DNA of 64,000 nt from Octopus sinensis (lineage: Eukaryota), in the NCBI RefSeq assembly GCF_006345805.1, contig NC_043002.1:94054001-94118000 (forward strand). Direction: 5' to 3'. The position numbers and the translations under genes are program-made. The notes below the pieces were generated by a model. It saw only the letters and a program-made list of their open reading frames with translations. It searched no databases and had not been told where the DNA came from. The first letter of the stretch is position 1. Each line of letters begins with the position of its first letter. Of this stretch, positions 37,184-49,295 are shown piece after piece.

Positions 37184-37400
37184 AAGGCGGCGAACTGGCA
37201 GAGATGTTAGCACGTCGGGCGAAACGCTTAGCGGGATTTCGTCTGCCTCTACGTTCTGAGTTCATATTCCGCCGAGGTCGACTTTGCCTTTCATCCTTTC
37301 GGGGTCGATTAAATAAGTACCAGTTACGCACGAGTTAATCCGTTTGTCTGTCCTTGTTTGTCCCTTCTGTGTTTAGCCCCTTGTGGGTAGTAAAGAAATA
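37184..37400 (+). mobile_element. SINE family A fused 3' of the 5S sequence
   Basis: Full head and tail, with a small internal deletion. Confidence 0.9.
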
Positions 37401-37913
37401 AGAACCTGTTTAAACGAGAATATAAAAAGGAGAAGGCAAAGTCTTCAGTGTGAGTATGTGGTTTGTGGGGTCGACCGCGTCCTCCACTTCATTTTTTGTA
37501 AATCACTCGTTCTCATTTAATTGTTTGTTTATTCATACGTTTCGTCTCATTCGATACCCTGACCCCAATGTTTGTTTTGTCTGTCCTCGTATCGTCCCCT
37601 CTTTTTCTCAACTTGATGGTTAATAAAGAAATTGTCTGTATGGTGCAGGAAAGGATGCAGGATATGAAGCGAGACCTTTGTTTAATAATGTGGGATTGCG
37701 GATTCTGGGGAGTGTTTGAGAGGTTTGCCATAAGTGGATGAAGATCGCAAAATGATGATGACGTTGATATTTTTTATGTTGTGTGTGTGGTGTTGATAAT
37801 GTTGATAGAAATGACAATGATGATTGTGGTGGGGCATTTGGTGTTGATGATAGTGATGAAGTTGTTGGTGGTGTTTAGGTTTGTGGTGTTAGTGTTGACG
37901 GTAGTGGTAGTGT

Positions 37914-38514
37914 AAGGCGGCGAGCTGGCAGAATCGTTAGCACGCCGAGCGAAATACTTAGCGGTATTTCGTCTGCCGTTACGTTGTGAGTTCAAATTCC
38001 GCCGAGGTCGACTTTGCCTTTCATCCTTTCGGGGTCGATAAATTAAGTACCAGTTACGCACTGGGGTCGATATAATCGACTTAATACCTATGTCTGTCCT
38101 TGTTTGTCCCCTCTATGTTTAGCCCCTAGTGGGTAATAAAGAAATAGGTATTTCATCTGCCGTTACGTTCTGAGTTCAAATTCCGCCGAGGTCGACTTTG
38201 CTTTTCATCCTTTCGGGGTCGATAAATTAAGTACCAGTTACGCACTGGGGTCGATATAATCGACTTAATACCTATGTCTGTCCTTGTTTGTCCCCTCTAT
38301 GTTTAGCCCCTAGTGGGTAATAAAGAAATAGGTATTTCGTCTGCCGTTACGTTCTGAGTTCAAATTCCGCCGAGGTCGACTTTGCTTTTCATCCTTTCGG
38401 GGTCGATAAATTAAGTACCAGTTACGCACTGGGGTCGATATAATCGACTTAATACCTATGTCTGTCCTTGTTTGTCCCCTCTATGTTTAGCCCCTTGTGG
38501 GTAATAAAGAAATA
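37914..38514 (+). mobile_element. SINE family A trimer: head plus three 184-bp units
   Basis: Units start at 37964, 38148 and 38332. TSD ggtagtggtagtgt at 37900-37913 and 38515-38528. Confidence 0.92.
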
Positions 38515-38836
38515 GGTAGTGGTAGTGTTGATGCTGATGGTGGTGTTTGCGTTAGTGGTCGTGTTGATGTTGACGTTAATGGTGGTGGTGTTGGCGTTTG
38601 TGGTGGTGGTGTTGACGTTGTTGGTGGTGTTGATGGTGGCGGTTGTGTTGATGTTGGTGGTGGTGATAGTGCTGAGGATAGTGTTGTTGGTGATGGATGT
38701 GGGGCTGGTGGTGGTGTTCGTGGCGAGGTGGTGGCGATGACATTAGTGATGTTGGAGATGGTGATGTTGCTGATAGTATGATGGCGTTGATGGTGGTGGT
38801 TTTATTGGGTTTTGCAGTGCTTTAGTAACTGATGAA

Positions 38837-39608
38837 GGATTTATTCCATCTCAATCACAGATTTTTTAATTAAGTTTTTTTTTTTTAACTAAATGGTTTG
38901 AAACTTCGAATACTGGGAGAATTTCTCACGTAGAACATGGTTTACTCTGAACGTTTTTGATGAAATTTGGTATTTTAGAAGTCATTTCGTGTTAAAGTTG
39001 TCGTATTTGGGTAATTTCAACCAATCAACGACGTGTATTCAATTGAAGAAAGCTACTGCTGTTTGCGATAGTAATCGAAGAGGAACAACGTCCAGGTCAT
39101 CTCTACTAAATGTCACCACTCTGTTCTATTCGTATGTCGAGCGAAGACGATGTCACCTTTATTCTTTCTTCCTTTCTAGTATATTCCAAGTTTCAAACTG
39201 TTTAGTTCAAAAAAATAATTAAAAAGTCTGTGATTGAGATGGAATAGATCCAGAGTAAGGAATGCACGGTGCTGACTAGAAAGGAAGAAAGGATAAAGAT
39301 GACATCGTCATCGCTCGCCGTACGAATAGAACAGAGTGGTGACATTTAGTAGAGATGACACGGAAGTTGTTGCTCTTCGATTACTATCGCAAACAGCAGT
39401 AGCTTTCTTCAACCGAATACACGTCGTTGATTGGTTGAAATTGCCCAAATACGACAACTTTAAGACGAAATAACTTCTAAAATACGAAATTTTATCAAAA
39501 ACGTTCAGAGTAATCCGTATTCTACGTGAGAAATTCTATCAGTATTCGAAGTTTCAAACTGTTTAGTTAAAAAAAAAAATTAATCTGTGATTGAGATGGA
39601 ATAGATCC
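38837..39608. mobile_element. Foldback MITE with about 330-bp inverted arms and GGATC-like ends
   Basis: 38837-39180 is the reverse complement of about 39285-39608. An extra copy of the terminal ~70 bp lies at 39181-39251. Confidence 0.8.
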
Positions 39609-40039
39609 CTAACTCTTTCCCTCCCTTCTACACCATCAACTAGCAACCAGTGAGCGAACTTGTCACTGCCACTACTATTACCGTATTTTCTGGTGTATAA
39701 GCCGCATTTTTTTTTTTTTACCTTCCATGTTTTGATAATGTTATTTTTTTTTATCTAATAAAGACTTTTATATTGACGAAATGTGTTTGTTGTTGATTAT
39801 AGTAAGGTAAAATCATGACAATAACGATAGATCTCATAGTTGTAAAATAATGGATTCTGAAACTACATATACGTCAACAACAAAAAAGCTAGCCGCGGGC
39901 TCGTTGCTCTCTGGTGTTGATTAACTCCCCTGTCAGTACATAGACTTGTGCTATGTTTGTGGTTATAAGGGTCTTTGAGTGTTATTTCTAGCAATGTAAG
40001 TGCTACCATACACCCTCAGTTACTATTAGTGACAATTAT

Positions 40040-40175
40040 GTGTGTGTGTGCATGCGCGCGTGTGCGTATATATATAAAATATATATATATACTATATATA
40101 ATATATATAATACATATATATATACATATATAGATAGATACATACATACATACATACATAAACATACATACATAC

Positions 40176-40213
<38 letters not shown>

Positions 40214-40297
40214 CTATACATATATATATATATATATAATATATACATATAAGATATATAATATATACATACATACATACATACATACAATACATAC

Positions 40298-40328
<31 letters not shown>

Positions 40329-40390
40329 ATATATCAATATATACATACAATATATATATATATATATACATACATATACACACACATTAT

Positions 40391-40421
<31 letters not shown>

Positions 40422-40496
40422 ATTAATATATAACATATACACACACACGCACACACACCACATATATATATATATCTATATATAATATACTATATA

Positions 40497-40534
<38 letters not shown>

Positions 40535-40543
40535 ACATACATA

Positions 40544-40585
<42 letters not shown>
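40040..40585. repeat. (TA)n/(TACA)n microsatellite
   Basis: Read directly. Confidence 0.95.
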
Positions 40586-40586
<1 letters not shown>

Positions 40587-40639
40587 GAAATATTAAATAA
40601 CTAAGTCTCTCTAAAAGAGACAGCGGCAGCGTTCGGAAA

Positions 40640-41036
40640 ATAATAGTTATCGCCATAATAATATGGCATTCTTATAAAAATAAGAAAAAAAGCTGTCCGC
40701 TTATTAGCTCCATGGGCCATCGCCTTTAAGTTAGCTATTTGATACACAAACTGTATCCATATAACCTTCGAACAAGGGAAGTCAGTCGCTCCACACTACT
40801 TACCGGCAGCTACAGACGCGTTCGGGGTATTGCCCTTTTCAATGCAGCGTAGCCAGCCAGTAGGTGTCGCTTCCGGTAAGTAGTGTGGAGCGACTGACTT
40901 CCCTTGTTCGAAGGTTATATGGATACAGTTTGTGTATCAAATAGCTAACTTAGGCGATGGCCTCATGGAGCTAATAAGCGGACAGCTTTTTTCTTATTTT
41001 TATAAGAATGCCATATTAGTATGCGATAACTATTAT
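40640..41036. repeat. Long near-perfect inverted repeat (about 165-bp arms, about 66-bp spacer), foldback element in (TA)n
   Basis: 40640-40805 is the reverse complement of 40872-41036. Confidence 0.92.
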
Positions 41037-42230
41037 ATACTATATAACATTTATATAATATTTATATTACAAATATATTACAAAATTATACAATAAACAA
41101 AAAACAAAGATAGATACAGGTAATGTAGCATCAGCGAGGTATATTACTTTGACACTCAGGAAAATTGGAAGAGACTTTGAGGTTTCCAGGCTCAATTTTT
41201 CTACGAAGAGGGACTTAGAAAAGAGAACAGATGGAAGGAAGAAAAATAAAAGTCGGTCAGAGAAAACAGTATGTCTGGATCAACGGTTGCACATGTCGAA
41301 TTGGTTGGGGACAAGGGTGGCGAAGTAACCTGGCTAAAGTTTGTCTACGCAAGCATGTGTGTGTAAGAGAATAATGTGTGCGTGTGTATATGTGTGCTTG
41401 GGCGAATGCATGTACATGTGTGTGTGCAAGCATGACGGGCAAAACTGATATTGGAGGAATTTGAACCCTGAACGTAATGAGACAGAAGATAATATTCTGC
41501 CAATAATTGTTCTCACGTTGGTATTTGGCCAGAAATTTGGAAGAATAGCTAGTCGTTTAAATTGACCTCACTATTTGGACCGGTACTTTATTTTATAAAG
41601 ACCAAGAATCTGCTGGTATGTTATGTAAGGGAGATAACTAAGAAACTTTTTTGTTTTGACTAACGTTTATTTCCCTTACGTTATTTCAGAATGTATATTT
41701 GAATTTCGTTTCTAACATCATTTTTAAAAAACTTAATAAATTTTATATTACACCAAAGTCAGTTTGCATTCCAGCAGAATCATAGTGGTCAGAATAACAC
41801 TCAGAATGAAACATACTGGTGAAGAATTAGGAATATTCTTAATCAGTATGTTACAACTTTGTTCTCCTTCAAGATAATTTAAAAAAATAAAACAGCAGGT
41901 TTGAAATGATTTATTGTGTACACTGGACAATCGGCTGCTAGCCGTGAATTTACAAATGATAATACTGCAGATCATGAAGACGATATGGTTTAAACATTTG
42001 GCGATGAACATATCCAAAGAATCATGCTATTGGATGCATGAAGAGAAGATCAACGATTAAAAGTCATCGATATACCAAGCGAAACAGGCAAAGCATTTTT
42101 GCTCAATATGTTGTGTGTGTAAACAAATGAATACATACATACCTACATACATAAGTACACACACACACGCACACACACACACACACACATACACACACAC
42201 GCACGCACAAACACATACACACACAAACAC

Positions 42231-42293
<63 letters not shown>

Positions 42294-42543
42294 CACACAA
42301 GACACTTGCGAGCACAAACCCTCTCTCTCCCACCATTGCTTGACCACTGGTGCTGGAGTGTTTATGTACCCGAAACTAAGCGGTTTAGCAAAGTTTTCCG
42401 ATAAAATAACTACCAGGCTTTAAAAAAAAGGGAAAATGGGACATAAGTACCGGGTTCGATAACTCGATTAAAATTCCTCAAGGCGGTGCCCCAGCATGGC
42501 CTTACCCTAACAACTAGAAGAAAGTAAAAGTAAAAGATAAAAG

Positions 42544-42593
<50 letters not shown>

Positions 42594-42630
42594 GTATGTA
42601 TGTATATATCTATTATATATATATATTATA

Positions 42631-42662
<32 letters not shown>

Positions 42663-42884
42663 GTATTCTTTTAGGAACTGGATGTATGAAACGATAACTA
42701 ACTGTATGTATAAGCACAAAAAGAAAATGACTCTCCCCAGACATAACAGTATGTAGTATTTGGATGGATTTATTATATATTTATATTTGCTTTGAGAACC
42801 AGTTCAAAAGAAATACTTCCGGTTTCTCCAAAGTTCTTGTGACGTCGCTATATGTATGTATGTAGGCTAATATATCTAATATAT

Positions 42885-42965
<81 letters not shown>

Positions 42966-43223
42966 GAGGAACATGAAGGGTTTAGTTCACTGGTGATCTA
43001 AACGAATAGGCCACGCTGAGTAAGTGCTATAATCGGTCATCCGTTAGACTTTAAATTCACCTTACCCTAATTAAATATTACAAATGACTTGAGATACTCG
43101 TCCTACCTTGGCTTTTGTAGTCCTTTTTCCTTCAATACATACATACATACATACATACATACATACATACATACATACATACATACATACATACAAACAT
43201 ACATACATACCATATGCATATAC

Positions 43224-43259
<36 letters not shown>

Positions 43260-43539
43260 ATGCCATATTGGTTAGGATGTTGCACTCATGATCGCTAGAT
43301 CGTGATTTCAATTCATAGGGCGGGTACATATATATTTATATATCGCCTGAAGAAATGAATCCATGAAAAGTAATCTACCCGATGGCCACGGACACTAAGG
43401 ACTAAACTGCAATCATCCCAGGAATACACACTGTGATCTTAAGAGATATGTCACTTGCAGAGACGCGCGTAGCGATGCATTCAATGTTTATAAATACCAA
43501 ATATTTTTTTTTACTATGTATATATGGATATAAACTTAG

Positions 43540-44240
43540 ATAAATTTAGATATGTTTTGACCGAAGATTGGTCCTGGCCATGTCTAACTTAATAGCACCA
43601 CCTGATAGGATTAGATTCCGTTTAAAGGAAATGGGATTTTTTTTCCTCTTTGATCTGTTTCGGGACAATGTTAAATAGAGCAGGGCCTATTGAGGAAAAG
43701 AAATTGTGTTGTAGTGTATTTATGTGTTGTAATCTTGAATTGGGTAGGGGACGTATGGCCCATGGTCCTACACTTGGATGAATTTTGAAGCTAATGTTGC
43801 GGTCGTTTTGGGCAATGCTGGTGGTATATTCTCCACATTGTGCAAATGATGTACCGCTCACGGCGGCACTTGAGAGAATAGAGTTTCAATGCTTTAAGGT
43901 GGTCCAAATAATCGAGATCATTCATGCCCTTAATTCTCCCTTAATTCTTTTAGTAAATAACCTCCGAGAAGTGGAATCTTGACGTCTTGTTCTCTGGACC
44001 GGAAGGTTCTTAAGATCCAGGAGCTCATCCTACGAGCTATATCGACCTTATTGTTGATGTGAGCACTCCAACTGAGATTGCTATCGACATTTACTCCTAG
44101 ATTTCTGATATTATTAGATGCTGTAAGAGGTTCATCTGAAGGAATAGAGTTTGGCTGTTTTAGTATAGTCTTTTTCCAAAATGCATCAGCTCAAATTCTA
44201 CCTCGTTTAGTTGCATCATTTTGTCTTTGTCAGCCTATTG
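43540..44240 (-). mobile_element. CR1/L2-like LINE 3' fragment
   Basis: SSWILRTFRSR...YLDHLKALKLYSL...RRERY...SSIGPALFNIVPKQIK. Confidence 0.7.
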
Positions 44241-44252
44241 ACTCACAGTAAT

Positions 44253-44316
<64 letters not shown>

Positions 44317-45136
44317 ATATATATAATTAGTTATGAGCTACTAATAGTTTCATATACTGGAGATTATCTAGACAGGTTTTAATATTAGTAGCCCATAATT
44401 ATATATTGTTTACATTAAACAATGTCTATTTCTGAAATGGAGTACATTATACGTACATACATACATATATACATACATACATACATACATACATACATAC
44501 ATACATACATACATACATACATACATACATAATACATACATACATACACATATACATACACATATACATACATACATACATACATACATATACATACTTA
44601 CATACACATACATACATATACATACTTACATACACATACATACATACCTACATACATACCTACCTACATACATACATACATACATATATATATATATAAT
44701 ATATACATATACATACATACATACATACATACATACATACACATATACATACATACACATATACATACATACATACATACATACATATACATACTTACAT
44801 ACACATATACATACATACTAACATACAACTAACCTACATACATACATACATATATTATATATATATTAGATATATATATATATATATACGTATACATACA
44901 TACATACATACATACATACCTACATTCATACCTACATACATACATACATGCATATATATATATATAGATATAGATATATATACATACATACATACATACA
45001 TGCATACATACATACATACATACCTACCTACTTCATCCTACATACCTACATACATACGTACATATATATATATGTTCTACATACATACATACATACATAC
45101 ATACATACATACTACATACATACATACATATATACA

Positions 45137-45221
<85 letters not shown>

Positions 45222-45235
45222 TATATATATATACG
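44240..45235. repeat. (TA)n/(TACA)n microsatellite block
   Basis: Read directly. Confidence 0.95.
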
Positions 45236-45800
45236 AGAAGTTGTCGAACTAAGCAGTAAAATTATACGTAACTTCCTGAAGATATTATTCTTAGTTGTGA
45301 TGACTTTGTTCCAGTTGACGAAGGGAGCAACGTTGTATCCACTAAAAGTCTTAATGCCTGTGGTTGTACCGTCTGATTTTAACAGTAAAAAAACTGGAGC
45401 CCTAATAACATTGTTGAGAAATCTTCATCACAGAAACAACAATTACAACAATACGCGAATGTAGAGATATGTAGAAATATGCAATAGTTGTTCGGATTAC
45501 CATTAGTGAAATGACGAGTATCAATAAAGGATAAAACGTTGTTTAATTTTCCAGTGTCCTCCTGCAACCCGTTAATACAGATTTGCATTTTTGTTTTCTT
45601 CTTCATCTTCAATATCATAATGTACTTTCTGAAGTGGGTAGAATAATGAAGTAGAAATATATTCATTTTTGAAATATAAAAATTCACATCGTTTAAAATT
45701 TCAAACATTTTATAAATTAATTGTAGTTACCTCCCTTGTAATATGTTATGTATCAGGCATTTGTTTAATCTATATACATAAAACTGAAGGTGTGTAAGTG

Positions 45801-45839
<39 letters not shown>

Positions 45840-45842
45840 ATG

Positions 45843-45874
<32 letters not shown>

Positions 45875-46331
45875 CATACACACACAAAGTGCGGCAGAAG
45901 TAATGCCCTTTCTGCATTTAATAACTCTTATATATAAATGCAAAAGAGCGTTACTTCTGCCGCACGCATTGTGTGCGTGTGTGTGTGTGTGTGTGTGTGG
46001 TGTATGTGTGTGTGGTTGTGTGTGTGTGTATGTGCGTGTATATGTGTATGCATCACTAATATTCGAGAACTACCCAAATTACTATTAATACCAGCCGCCT
46101 GTCAATGAGGGTCTTAATCCACACAGTATCAAGGTATGATATAATATATATGTATCACAACACACACACACACACACCACACACACACACACATATATAT
46201 ATGGAGCGTCATGAGCCCCAAAAATGTTCAAATTCTTGCTTACTGCGAGCCCGGTGCAATTTTTAGACTTTCTGTAATGTGTCAAAATTAAAACAATATT
46301 GTAATGTGATATAATAGTTTCATTATATACA

Positions 46332-46377
<46 letters not shown>

Positions 46378-46747
46378 AAGAGAGAGGAAAGACAGATGTA
46401 TGTATATAATATATATATATATATATATATAAACCCATGAGCAGTTTTTCCATCGATCGATCAACTAAACCCTCGTTGTCATAACCCGAGGATGCCACGA
46501 ATATATATATATATATATATACATGCAATGTGTATAGAAACGTATACATGTGCTTATAAATGTGCCTAATATACATTCATATACATCAATACATCCATAA
46601 GTGTGTGCGTGGGTGTGTGTTGCATAACTATTTATAGTGTAAAATATACTTATATATACATGTATATATATTATATATATATATATTATACACATACATC
46701 TATATATAATATATATGTGTGCGTGTGTGCATATATATATATATATA

Positions 46748-46817
<70 letters not shown>

Positions 46818-46830
46818 TATATATATATAT

Positions 46831-46908
<78 letters not shown>

Positions 46909-46980
46909 TGATAAAACGTAAGATAACAAAAGAAAGAATAGACCTCATATATATGTAAATAGAGGAAATTTATCTATACA

Positions 46981-47140
46981 ATATGTTACATTACTCGGTA
47001 GTCAAGATAAAACTCTGAGTTTCAGATGCCGAAGTGGAAATTCCACACACCATCTCTTCGGTAACCGAAGAGATGGTGTGTGGATTTCCACTTCGGCATC
47101 TGAAACTCAGAGTTTATCTGACTACCGAGTAATGTAACAT
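46981..47140. repeat. About 160-bp palindrome with a 1-nt loop
   Basis: Centre ctcttcggt-a-accgaagag at 47063; arms extend to atatgttacattactcggtagtc. Confidence 0.93.
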
Positions 47141-47238
47141 ATTGTATTATATATATTATATATATAATATATATATATTTATATATATATGCACACATGC
47201 ACACACACATATATATATATAGATGTTTATACATATAC

Positions 47239-47280
<42 letters not shown>

Positions 47281-47431
47281 ATATAAGTATATTTTACATA
47301 TAAATAGTTATGCACACACACACACGCACACACTTATGGATGTATTGATGTATATGAATGTATATTAGGCACATTTATAAGCACATGTATACGTTTCTAC
47401 ACATTGCATGTATATATATATATATATATAT

Positions 47432-47800
47432 TCGTGGCACTCCGTCGGTTATGACAACGAGGGTTCTAGTTGATCCGATCGATGGAAAAACTGCTCATGG
47501 AGTTAACGTGTAAGTGGCTGAGCACTCTACAGACATGTGTACCCTTAACGTAGTTCTCAGAGAGATTCAGCGTAACAGTGTGTGACGAGGCTGGCCCTTC
47601 GAAATACCGATACAACAGAAATAGGAAGAAAGAGAGAGAGAGAGAAAGTTGTGGTGAAACTGTACAGCAGGGTTCGTCACCACCCTCTGCCTGGTGGCGC
47701 TTTATGTGTTTTCGCTCAATAAACACTCACAATGCTCGGTCTGCGAATCGGAACCGCGATCCCACGAACGACTGCGTGTCCGCTGCCCTTACCGCTGGGA
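47432..47800 (-). mobile_element. SINE family C / composite
   Basis: tcgtggcactccgtcggttatgacaacgagggttc...cccttaacgtagttctcag... Confidence 0.75.
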
Positions 47801-48275
47801 CGTTGCGCCTCCACACACACACACACACACACACGCGCACGCACGCACGCACGCACGCACACACAAACACACGTGTGTGTGTATGTATGTATGTATGTAT
47901 GTAGGTATGTATGTATGTAGATAAAACTTGGAAAAGGATGCGTGGCGTTCCATCATATAATAATATAAATAATATATAAATATATGCATATATGCATATA
48001 TTTATATATTATTTATATATTATTTATATTATGTATGTATGTATGTATGTATAAACATGTGTATTTGTACACAGAAACTTATATAATTTTTTCGAAACTA
48101 ATACATTATGTATAGTTATTCCAAAAATGTTTTGTCACTCGTCAGCATTCATTGTGACATGAATTGTTTTCAATAAGTTTGATACTATGATAATGGTATA
48201 TTAAAACACAGGTAGTTAAAATGAAAATAAAGCCGATTCTCACTGTTCATTAGTGAAAATCGATATTTTCTCCGT

Positions 48276-49295
48276 TTATCGTGAAGTATCTGAGGATGCA
48301 CCCCTCTCTGTTTCATTGGTTTTCCTGAAAACAATTCTGCAAAATATGTTCTTGGCAATCCGACGAAAGCGAGTATTTAATAATCCGTAGACTATAGGGT
48401 TCATTGTACAATTCAAGATCCACATTCGAATGACCACGTGTCTGAAATACTCCGCAACATCTGGAATGTGTTTACCTTCAATTAGTGGGTAAGTAATTCC
48501 GAGTATTAAACCTGGGATAAAGCTGATAGCAAACAAGAATGTAATGCATACGAGAATTTTATTGGTTTGTCTGATTTTTGCGTAGGTTCTTGTGTTTTGA
48601 TTGCGTGCATTCATATTATTAAGATTAAGATTTATCGTATAGTTTGTAGGTATATAATGTTCCTTGGCCACCTTCCAGATGCGTTGATATAAAAAAAACA
48701 TTACTGTTAAAATAAGTAAGTCAATTCCGAGAGATGTCAGAAAATAATTTCGGAGCCTCTCATACCCATATCTATAAAAGCAAACCTTTTCGACCGAACT
48801 GACCGAAAATGGATCGTTCATTTTTTCGAAGAATAAGGCGCCGGGTAAGGCTAATCCGACGGATCCGAAACCAATGGTCACAGTCATTATTTTAGCTGCT
48901 CGAACCGAAAGCTGTTTTTTGTTATGGCGGCAAACTTTATTATATCTCTCCACTGCTATCACAAGTAAGGTTATAGTTGAGGTAATGCTGCTGTAGAATA
49001 TAAAGAATTTTTCCAGTTTGCAAAGAATGTTGCTAGGATACATCTTAGAATACCACAATGCGACCATCTCTAATGGTATTCCGAAAATGCAACCAATCAT
49101 ATCAAAAACAGCCAAAGAAATTAGGAAAACATGAACAGGTAGTTTCTGGAAACGAAAACCATAAATGTATAAGGCTATAGAATTGCCAACTAGACCAACA
49201 GGCAATAAAATAGAGACGAAAATAAACGCTGGTTTTAAAATATTAAAATACTGTCTATTAATATCTTCAATTGTGTTGTTATTGCTATTATTCAT
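48276..49295 (-). CDS. Orphan class A GPCR, copy 4, 339 aa
   Basis: GN, LAVFD, C...AVERY, SFIP, NPIVY; intact ORF. Confidence 0.93.
   Translation of the reverse strand: MNNSNNNTIEDINRQYFNILKPAFIFVSILLPVGLVGNSIALYIYGFRFQKLPVHVFLISLAVFDMIGCIFGIPLEMVALWYSKMYPSNILCKLEKFFIFYSSITSTITLLVIAVERYNKVCRHNKKQLSVRAAKIMTVTIGFGSVGLALPGALFFEKMNDPFSVSSVEKVCFYRYGYERLRNYFLTSLGIDLLILTVMFFLYQRIWKVAKEHYIPTNYTINLNLNNMNARNQNTRTYAKIRQTNKILVCITFLFAISFIPGLILGITYPLIEGKHIPDVAEYFRHVVIRMWILNCTMNPIVYGLLNTRFRRIAKNIFCRIVFRKTNETERGASSDTSR

Noticed and set aside
37964-38515. CRISPR-like or satellite array
   Set aside because: The 184-bp units are SINE bodies with no unique spacers, and the DNA is eukaryotic.
41748-42017. Hydrophobic minus-strand ORF as a fifth GPCR fragment
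   Set aside because: It has none of the cluster motifs (GN, LAxxD, ERY, NPxxY).
30970-46910. Irregular interruptions within microsatellites as a coded pattern
   Set aside because: Single-base indels in CA and TA runs look like long-read consensus errors or slippage.
22587-47989. Many ORFs of the HTHTH / CVCVC / YIYIY / MYVCM type
   Set aside because: They are translations of (CA)n, (TA)n and (TACA)n microsatellites, not genes.
23382-49295. Opsin or named neuropeptide/amine receptor identity for the GPCRs
   Set aside because: There is no Lys at the TM7 retinal-binding position and no obvious TM3 Asp of amine receptors; no family-diagnostic motif was recognised, so no symbol is given.
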